DNA of 5,596 nucleotides from Giardia intestinalis (Eukaryota): NCBI GenBank assembly GCA_000002435.2, contig AACB03000026.1; one strand, 5' to 3'. Shown piece by piece: positions 1 to 5,596 of this stretch (position 1 is its first letter; each line of letters starts with the position of its first letter). The notes under the pieces were generated by a model. It saw only the letters and a program-made list of their open reading frames with translations, ran no database searches and was not told where the DNA came from. The position numbers and the translations under genes were made by a program.

Positions 1-290
1 GCCACAGAGATGCCCGCTATGGCGCCTGTGCTGAGGCCGCTCTTGTGACGCTTCCGCCGGTACTGTCGCCATCTTTCATGAGATAGCAGAGGACGGAACC
101 TTTATTGTTGGGCGGAGGGGCGCAGTTTAAGCAGTCCTTGACACCGGTAATATCACCGTTGCTGTTTTCGCAAGATGTGCAGGCGCCTTCTAATGCGGTC
201 TTGTAGTATCCTGTGGCACACGTCGTGCAGGTGTTTGCAGTATTGGCGGCTGAGCATGTCTTGCAAGTAGGATCGCACGAGGACAGGTTC
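1..290 (-). pseudogene. Out-of-frame 3' continuation of the VSP-like coding region. It is either frame-disrupted (pseudogene) or affected by indel errors. It includes the conserved pre-TM/TM start and continues past the window start.
   Basis: The reverse complement of about 62..290, read in the frame offset from the called ORF, gives [83 protein letters not shown], which is classic VSP sequence. A third frame over 1..60 gives [20 protein letters not shown], the conserved VSP membrane-anchor start. The called ORF frame instead ends in the non-VSP-like …[30 protein letters not shown]. Confidence 0.6.
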
Positions 291-3200
291 CAGCACCGTC
301 CGGACCAAGACTATTGGTGCATGTCTGGCATTTTCCTTTGTTATCAGTTAGTGCACATACCTGCTTGCCAGGCTGTCTCGTTGTTTCATAGCACCCGCCC
401 TCCTGGATGAAGTATCCGGCGGCGCAGACCGTGCAAGCACCGTTAGCGGCAGTGGTGCAGAACCGAGTCCTGGCCGCATTGCTTGTGCAGACGCCATTGA
501 GCGGCACGTTGCTCCCCTTGCACTTCGAGCAGTACTTGGTACCTCCAATTGTTAGGCCGCACGTCTCGCACTCCGGGCCCTCCACGCATTGCTCCACGCA
601 CTGGCCGCCCTCATTAAGCTTGGTCTCGTCGGCGTACCTCAGCATCTTCCCGGCGGGGCAGGCCGTGCACTTGGAAGCGCCGGCCCCGCTGCACTCCGCA
701 CAGGAGGGGTCGCAGGGCGCGCACGTTTGCCCGGATAGATACGTTCCGGCCGGACAAGACCCCAAGCAAGCGTTCTTCTCTGGAGTGAGGAAGTAGTTAC
801 TTTGGCACTTTGTGCACTTCTGCTTGTCCTCCGAGCACACCTCGCAGTTGGGGAGATTGCAGCCAGCAGGCCGCGACCTCGTCGCACGTGTTCCGGCCCT
901 CGTTCTTCTGGGTCCCGTCGGGCACTCGGCGTAGCAGCCGCCCTTGTAGAGGTAGTGCGCGTTCGTACAGGCCGTGCACGTCCCTGCCTTATCGTTTGTA
1001 CCGACCGTGCACATGCCCGCGTCCGTCTTCGCCTTGCACTCCCCATTCACCGGGACCTTGTCCCCTGTGCACTTGGAGCAGAAGGTCTGGCCCCCGATTT
1101 CCACGTTGCAGCTGTCGGCGGCGCAGTTTGTCGCGCCGGGGTTTGCGGCGGCGCACGGCGTTGGGCCAGCAGGCGCGACCTCGTCGCACGTGTTCCGGCC
1201 CTCGTTCTTCTGGGTCCCGTCGGGGCACTCGGCGTAGCAGCCGCCCTTGTAGAGGTAGTGCGCGTTCGTACAGGCCGTGCACGTCCCTGCCTTATCGTTT
1301 GTACCGACCGTGCACATGCCCGCGTCCGTCTTCGCCTTGCACTCCCCATTCACCGGGACCTTGTCCCCTGTGCACTTGGAGCAGAAGGTCTGGCCCCCGA
1401 TTTCCACGTTGCAGCTGTCGGCGGCGCAGTTTGTCGCGCCGGGGTTTGCGGCGGCGCACGGCGTTGGGCCAGCAGGCGCGACCTCGTCGCACGTGTTCCG
1501 GCCCTCGTTCTTCTGGGTCCCGTCGGGGCACTCGGCGTAGCAGCCGCCCTTGTAGAGGTAGTGCGCGTTCGTACAGGCCGTGCACGTCCCTGCCTTATCG
1601 TTTGTACCGACCGTGCACATGCCCGCGTCCGTCTTCGCCTTGCACTCCCCATTCACCGGGACCTTGTCCCCTGTGCACTTGGAGCAGAAGGTCTGGCCCC
1701 CGATTTCCACGTTGCAGCTGTCGGCGGCGCAGTTTGTCGCGCCGGGGTTTGCGGCGGCGCACGGCGTTGGGCCAGCAGGCGCGACCTCGTCGCACGTGTT
1801 CCGGCCCTCGTTCTTCTGGGTCCCGTCGGGGCACTCGGCGTAGCAGCCGCCCTTGTAGAGGTAGTGCGCGTTCGTACAGGCCGTGCACGTCCCTGCCTTA
1901 TCGTTTGTACCGACCGTGCACATGCCCGCGTCCGTCTTCGCCTTGCACTCCCCATTCACCGGGACCTTGTCCCCTGTGCACTTGGAGCAGAAGGTCTGGC
2001 CCCCGATTTCCACGTTGCAGCTGTCGGCGGCGCAGTTTGTCGCGCCGGGGTTTGCGGCGGCGCACGGCGTTGGGCCAGCAGGCGCGACCTCGTCGCACGT
2101 GTTCCGGCCCTCGTTCTTCTGGGTCCCGTCGGGGCACTCGGCGTAGCAGCCGCCCTTGTAGAGGTAGTGCGCGTTCGTACAGGCCGTGCACGTCCCTGCC
2201 TTATCGTTTGTACCGACCGTGCACATGCCCGCGTCCGTCTTCGCCTTGCACTCCCCATTCACCGGGACCTTGTCCCCTGTGCACTTGGAGCAGAAGGTCT
2301 GGCCCCCGATTTCCACGTTGCAGCTGTCGGCGGCGCAGTTTGTCGCGCCGGGGTTTGCGGCGGCGCACGGCGTTGGGCCAGCAGGCGCGACCTCGTCGCA
2401 CGTGTTCCGGCCCTCGTTCTTCTGGGTCCCGTCGGGGCACTCGGCGTAGCAGCCGCCCTTGTAGAGGTAGTGCGCGTTCGTACAGGCCGTGCACGTCCCT
2501 GCCTTATCGTTTGTACCGACCGTGCACATGCCCGCGTCCGTCTTCGCCTTGCACTCCCCATTCACCGGGACCTTGTCCCCTGTGCACTTGGAGCAGAAGG
2601 TCTGGCCCCCGATTTCCACGTTGCAGCTGTCGGCGGCGCAGTTTGTCGCGCCGGGGTTTGCGGCGGCGCACGGCGTTGGGCCAGCAGGCGCGACCTCGTC
2701 GCACGTGTTCCGGCCCTCGTTCTTCTGGGTCCCGTCGGGGCACTCGGCGTAGCAGCCGCCCTTGTAGAGGTAGTGCGCGTTCGTACAGGCCGTGCACGTC
2801 CCTGCCTTATCGTTTGTACCGACCGTGCACATGCCCGCGTCCGTCTTCGCCTTGCACTCCCCATTCACCGGGACCTTGTCCCCTGTGCACTTGGAGCAGA
2901 AGGTCTGGCCCCCGATTTCCACGTTGCAGCTGTCGGCGGCGCAGTTTGTCGCGCCGGGGTTTGCGGCGGCGCACGGCGTTGGGCCAGCAGGCGCGACCTC
3001 GTCGCACGTGTTCCGGCCCTCGTTCTTCTGGGTCCCGTCGGGGCACTCGGCGTAGCAGCCGCCCTTGTAGAGGTAGTGCGCGTTCGTACAGGCCGTGCAC
3101 GTCCCTGCCTTATCGTTTGTACCGACCGTGCACATGCCCGCGTCCGTCTTCGCCTTGCACTCCCCATTCACCGGGACCTTGTCCCCTGTGCACTTGGAGC

Positions 3201-3366
3201 AGAAGGTCTGGCCCCCGATTTCCACGTTGCAGCTGTCGGCGGCGCAGTTTGTCGCGCCGGGGTTTGCGGCGGCGCACGGCGTTGGGTTTGTCTTTGCTTT
3301 ACTTGCTGTTTGCGACGCCAAGGCCATTTGCAGGGCCAAGCTTACAAAAATAAGCTTATCGAACAT
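190..3366 (-). CDS. Variant-specific surface protein (VSP)-like, or high-cysteine membrane protein. Layout: signal peptide, then 8 x 101-aa tandem Cys-rich modules, then a unique CXXC-rich region. The called stop at 190-192 is probably not the true C-terminus; see the 1..290 feature.
   Basis: Single 1058-aa ORF. The N-terminus [17 protein letters not shown] is a hydrophobic signal peptide. Cysteine content is about 12%, with many CXXC motifs (CSKC, CTAC, CEVC, CTKC, CAPC, CAEC, CETC, CTVC, CQTC) and GGCY motifs typical of Giardia VSPs. A canonical VSP membrane-anchor sequence ([13 protein letters not shown]) is encoded just downstream at positions 1..60 in another frame. Confidence 0.85.
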   Translation of the reverse strand: MFDKLIFVSLALQMALASQTASKAKTNPTPCAAANPGATNCAADSCNVEIGGQTFCSKCTGDKVPVNGECKAKTDAGMCTVGTNDKAGTCTACTNAHYLYKGGCYAECPDGTQKNEGRNTCDEVAPAGPTPCAAANPGATNCAADSCNVEIGGQTFCSKCTGDKVPVNGECKAKTDAGMCTVGTNDKAGTCTACTNAHYLYKGGCYAECPDGTQKNEGRNTCDEVAPAGPTPCAAANPGATNCAADSCNVEIGGQTFCSKCTGDKVPVNGECKAKTDAGMCTVGTNDKAGTCTACTNAHYLYKGGCYAECPDGTQKNEGRNTCDEVAPAGPTPCAAANPGATNCAADSCNVEIGGQTFCSKCTGDKVPVNGECKAKTDAGMCTVGTNDKAGTCTACTNAHYLYKGGCYAECPDGTQKNEGRNTCDEVAPAGPTPCAAANPGATNCAADSCNVEIGGQTFCSKCTGDKVPVNGECKAKTDAGMCTVGTNDKAGTCTACTNAHYLYKGGCYAECPDGTQKNEGRNTCDEVAPAGPTPCAAANPGATNCAADSCNVEIGGQTFCSKCTGDKVPVNGECKAKTDAGMCTVGTNDKAGTCTACTNAHYLYKGGCYAECPDGTQKNEGRNTCDEVAPAGPTPCAAANPGATNCAADSCNVEIGGQTFCSKCTGDKVPVNGECKAKTDAGMCTVGTNDKAGTCTACTNAHYLYKGGCYAECPDGTQKNEGRNTCDEVAPAGPTPCAAANPGATNCAADSCNVEIGGQTFCSKCTGDKVPVNGECKAKTDAGMCTVGTNDKAGTCTACTNAHYLYKGGCYAECPTGPRRTRAGTRATRSRPAGCNLPNCEVCSEDKQKCTKCQSNYFLTPEKNACLGSCPAGTYLSGQTCAPCDPSCAECSGAGASKCTACPAGKMLRYADETKLNEGGQCVEQCVEGPECETCGLTIGGTKYCSKCKGSNVPLNGVCTSNAARTRFCTTAANGACTVCAAGYFIQEGGCYETTRQPGKQVCALTDNKGKCQTCTNSLGPDGAGTCPRAILLARHAQPPILQTPARRVPQDTTRPH
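378..584 (-). repeat. Diverged single copy of the same Cys module within the unique C-terminal region of the VSP-like protein
   Basis: The unique-region peptide [62 protein letters not shown] aligns motif-for-motif with the repeat-unit peptide [63 protein letters not shown]. Shared motifs are IGG, CSKC, VP.NG, CT.C and GGCY.E. Confidence 0.55.
860..3286. repeat. Perfect tandem array of about 8.0 copies of a 303-bp unit. It is coding and sits inside the VSP-like gene.
   Basis: Six-frame ORFs recur with an exact 303-nt period: plus-strand starts at 974, 1277, 1580 … 3095, and minus-strand starts at 989, 1292 … 2807. Each group gives identical translations in four fully overlapping frames. This identity across four overlapping frames shows that copies 2-8 (about 1165..3285) are nucleotide-identical. 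Array boundaries come from divergence at 859-862 (…gattgca|gccagcagg) and 3286/3287 (gttggg|tttgtc). Confidence 0.95.
3316..3366 (-). other. Predicted signal peptide coding segment of the VSP-like gene ([17 protein letters not shown])
   Basis: ATG at 3364-3366 (cat on the plus strand). The 17-aa hydrophobic stretch ends in an ALA-like cleavage context, directly before the Ser/Thr/Lys linker and the first Cys module. Confidence 0.55.
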
Positions 3367-3636
3367 TGGGCCAGCGCTCGGGCAATAGCCATTTAGAAAG
3401 CAAGTTTCTTGAGAATTACGCCATGAAATGATGAAGATGGTATGATATTTGTTGTCGATACCAGGAGTGTGGCTTTCATCGACAAAGGGTGCCTAGATCA
3501 GTGTTCAGGAGAATAATAGAATCACATGCTGTCATCTACAGTATTTGGTGCAGAGAGGAAAGTGGAGGAGCTCAGATGAGAGTAAGTATGCAGCTAGAGG
3601 TACGCTATTATCAGTGACTGTTTGTTATGAAAGGAA
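3367..3636. promoter_or_regulatory. AT-rich intergenic spacer immediately upstream of the VSP-like start codon. It probably carries the short Giardia-type promoter or initiator.
   Basis: There is a sharp compositional drop to AT-rich sequence between the GC-rich VSP ORF (ATG at 3366) and the GC-rich retroelement fragment, which starts at about 3637. Giardia promoters are short AT-rich elements within about 50-70 bp of the ATG. No specific motif could be verified. Confidence 0.3.
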
Positions 3637-3639
3637 TAA

Positions 3640-4898
3640 GCAGGCCACGGTGGAGGCCGCCGCCATGGGCCTGACGATCAGGAGCGACAACTGCAAGTCC
3701 ACCATGGCGGGCGAGGAGGTGACCTTTCTCAACCACCCGGCGTCCCCCACTCCAGCAAGCCTTGCCCCAAAGGCCATCGCAGGTGCTGAGACTGCCCCCA
3801 TAACCATCCACCAGAAGCTCATCCTGATGTCACTCTGTGTGGTCCCGATGGTGAACCACGCCCCCCTGGTCGAGATAGCATCGGACAAGGCGGACTACGA
3901 GGAGCTCGACAGACATCGCACAAGGCTTCAGCACTAACCAGCAGAAGCTGCGATCGCCTGGTCGACTTCCTGGCGTACCCGAAGGAGAAGGGCGGCCCGG
4001 GCCTGCTCATGCCGGGGCTCTACCACGACGAGCTGCGGAGGGCATGGGCCTCCCTGGACGTCAACAAGGGGACCAGAGACCCGGTGGAGCTGCCGGTGGA
4101 CGGCCAGGCACTGCAGGGGAAGGGGACCTACTTCAACCGCCTCCTCACGCGCACACACCAGCTTCCGGACAGAGCGGCGGCCGTACTGTCTGCAGATGTG
4201 CGGCGTGCTGACCGAGGAGGAAAGGGCCCTGAAGCAGAGAGATGGCTCGATCATGGCGCAGACAAGAGGCACCTGCCCGGGCTGCCACACGGCAGACCCT
4301 CGACCGCGACATGAACTGCCCGAAAGCGGCGTGGACCAGGACCACGAGGCACGACATGATCGTCACGTGCCTGTACCTCCGCGTCTCGGGGAAGTTCAAC
4401 GCAGACCTGGAGGTCAAGACCCACAGCCACCTCAGCGACCAGAACCAGAAGCCCGACATCTGGCTCGTCGACAAGTGCAAGGCGATAGATGTGGGCGTCA
4501 TCCAGCCCCGCCAGATGGATGCCTACTACAACGAGAAGGTCAAGAAGTACAGGGACGAGACAGGACGGATCCCTCCACCCCAGTCCAAGAGGCGCCTCGA
4601 GGAGCTCCACGTGGACGTCGAGAAGCTCTCCGTCCGGGCTGCCTTCGCCATCGCCCACATGGCTGCAGAGGCGAACGAGCACCTGACGAAGCTGATCAGA
4701 CGGGCCGGGCCGAAAGCCTGGTCACCCAGAGCGACCGTCTCCTGTCATCCTACTTCTGACAACCGAATGAGTCCATCCCCGGGACCCGACGACAACGATC
4801 GAGAAGGGGCCCAAGACTGGACACGCAGTCGAGTGGAATCCCAACCAGGAGAGAACGCCCCGTTAGCTGCTGCTGATCTGTATGGACAGTATTGAGAA
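3640..4898 (+). pseudogene. Degenerate retrotransposon ORF remnant covering the RT C-terminal region, a linker and the RLE endonuclease domain. It is disrupted by at least two frame changes and by stops.
   Basis: Protein-like translation runs in frame 2 (3640-3934, TAA at 3935). It then continues in frame 1 (3940 to about 4230, TGA at 4312). It then continues in frame 0 (4233-4895, TGA at 4896), after frame-0 stops at 4209 and 4230. No single frame is open across the region. Confidence 0.6.
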
Positions 4899-5596
4899 TG
4901 ACAACAAAGACCTGAGCTTCACTCACCGTGAAGGGAGAACAGAGAGGCACCCTAGTAGACCAGCGAGCCTGCAGGACGGCTTGGTCTCTGAAAGAACCGA
5001 TGTGCACACCTAGACCGAGCACACACCCGCAGAACAGCCGAGGAACGCAGTTAGCTCCTCCCTTCCACTACTGTGGTCATTATCATATTCCATAGCCAAC
5101 CCTCGTCTCCGGACATCGCCAAAATTGAGCGGGAATTTACTCGCGAGATTTGCGGACAGCGCCCGCAGGCGAGGGCCCCAGCAGCACACCACTCAGTCAG
5201 GGGACACGACACGATCGTCGGTGCCTTTGTCTCAGGAGTGCAACGAAGGCTGGAGATCAGACACATCCACCTTAGCAAACAGAGCGGGGATCACCCACCG
5301 CCCCAATGGCCCACCGGACCAGGGACACATACAACACCGCCCCCGGTCCCACCAGCCTCACCGCCCCACCAACCCCGCCTCACCCACTAGCTGGCCCACT
5401 GAGACCTGCGTGACCGCGACTGTGGGAGCGCTGACCCAGAACCACAGCCGGACGGACACCGAGGGCCCAGCCAGTGGAGCCAGAGAGATGGGCGAGAGAA
5501 GATCTGCTTACTCACAGGGGAAGCAGCGACCGAGAACAAATAACGATGCTCCTTATAGCGAGCCAGAGACCTAATAGCTGCTGTCGTCGAGACAAA
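4899..5596 (+). other. 3'-UTR-like A/C-rich low-complexity tail of the retroelement. It is non-coding and continues beyond the window.
   Basis: Strong strand asymmetry (A+C far exceeds G+T). There are runs such as ccaccgccccaatggcccaccggaccagggacacatacaacaccgcccccggtcccaccagcctcaccgccccaccaaccccgcctcaccc (about 5290-5400). The ORFs listed here (5073..5390, 5125..5574) translate to Pro/Thr/His/Arg-rich low-complexity strings. Confidence 0.4.

Larger units (their letters stand above)
3637..5596 (+). mobile_element. 5'-truncated non-LTR (LINE) retrotransposon fragment of the R2-like, RLE-bearing clade. It resembles the Giardia GilM/GilT/GilD (Genie) family and consists of the ORF 3' end plus a long 3' UTR that runs off the window.
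   Basis: There is an abrupt composition change at about 3636. The frame-2 peptide …ATVEAAAMGLTIRSDNCKS… at 3640-3700 matches the conserved G-L-x-(L/I)-N-x-x-KS segment that follows the YADD box in non-LTR reverse transcriptases (RTs). The frame-0 peptide KPDIWLVDKCKAIDVGVIQPRQMDAYYNEKVKKYRDE at 4449-4559 matches the PD-(D/E)xK restriction-like endonuclease core of R2-type elements, with Cys/His-containing segments upstream (CPGCH in frame 2 at 4274-4288; NC…H…TC in frame 0 at 4317-4361). The tail from 4899 onward is A/C-rich and strand-asymmetric, and looks like a UTR. Confidence 0.7.

Noticed and set aside
213-796. Small ORFs 213..410 (+), 348..548 (-) and 407..796 (+) overlapping the VSP C-terminal region
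   Set aside because: They are antisense or alternate-frame ORFs inside GC-rich coding sequence. The minus-strand alternate frame around 62-290 does matter, but only as the shifted continuation of the VSP gene itself. It is reported as a finding and is not a separate gene.
974-3388. Periodic sets of 87-aa (plus), 97-aa and 100-aa (minus) ORFs recurring every 303 nt
   Set aside because: These are alternate reading frames of the tandem repeat. Their only value here is as evidence of exact copy identity. They are not genes.
802-3396. Two very long plus-strand ORFs (864 aa and 847 aa), antisense to the VSP repeat array, encoding Arg/Ala/Pro/Ser-rich periodic proteins
   Set aside because: They exist only because the GC-rich, codon-biased 303-bp repeat lacks stop codons in those frames. 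The translations are low-complexity and repeat with the same period. Neither has a signal or other domain features. They are antisense or alternate-frame artefacts of the real minus-strand gene. Antisense VSP transcripts may exist in Giardia, but that does not make these protein-coding.
4196-4759. 187-aa plus-strand ORF (frame 2), overlapping the retroelement endonuclease region, that looks like an independent gene
   Set aside because: Only its first roughly 40 codons (…GTCPGCH…) look protein-like. The rest is an Arg/Pro/Gly-rich alternate-frame reading of the RLE domain, which is clearly encoded in frame 0. It is part of the broken retroelement ORF and not a gene.
4940-4960. Single CCCTAG motif (reverse complement of the Giardia telomere unit TAGGG)
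   Set aside because: It is one isolated copy with no tandem array. That is expected by chance and is not evidence of a telomere in the window.
5073-5574. ORFs 5073..5390 and 5125..5574 on the plus strand
   Set aside because: They lie in the A/C-rich low-complexity tail. The translations are Pro/Thr/His/Arg-rich strings with no domain-like structure, consistent with spurious ORFs in a UTR.
1-5596. A prokaryotic interpretation (defence island, CRISPR array, operon) prompted by the regular repeats
   Set aside because: The repeats are 303 bp, coding and directly abutting, with no spacers. The flanking genes are a eukaryotic-type signal-peptide/CXXC surface protein and a LINE retrotransposon. 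Nothing in the window resembles CRISPR repeats, Shine-Dalgarno-led operons or bacterial defence genes.

Overview
This is eukaryotic, protist-like DNA with the hallmarks of a Giardia (diplomonad) subtelomeric or accessory locus, not a prokaryotic window. Two things dominate it.

(1) Minus strand, 190..3366: a large cysteine-rich surface-protein gene of the variant-specific surface protein (VSP) / high-cysteine membrane protein type. It has an N-terminal signal peptide, followed by an array of about eight head-to-tail copies of a 303-bp (101-aa) module with 12 Cys per copy, including the CXXC motifs CSKC and CTAC. Seven copies are nucleotide-identical. The lowest-coordinate copy carries two compensating 1-nt indels. 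Downstream of the array is a roughly 220-aa unique Cys-rich region that contains a diverged, single ancestral-looking copy of the same module. The conserved VSP C-terminal tail (…[15 protein letters not shown], the start of the transmembrane anchor) is encoded at positions 1..60, but in a different reading frame from the called ORF. There are two apparent -1/+1 frame breaks, at about 265-285 and about 40-50. The gene is therefore either a 3'-disrupted VSP pseudogene or carries homopolymer indel errors. Its true end lies beyond the window start.

(2) Plus strand, about 3637 to the window end: the 3' portion of a 5'-truncated non-LTR (LINE) retrotransposon of the R2-like class that carries a restriction-enzyme-like endonuclease (RLE). 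This resembles the known Giardia GilM/GilT/GilD (Genie-like) elements. Recognisable remnants are a post-YADD reverse-transcriptase segment (MGLTIRSDNCKS), a PD-(D/E)xK endonuclease motif (KPDIWLVDKCKAIDVGV…E.K.KKY) and a long A/C-rich 3'-UTR-like tail. Its ORF is broken across three frames, so this is a dead copy.

The VSP start codon and the retroelement truncation point are separated by an AT-rich spacer of about 270 bp. All long plus-strand ORFs over 800..3400, and the periodic 87/97/100-aa ORFs, are alternate-frame or antisense artefacts of the GC-rich repeat.
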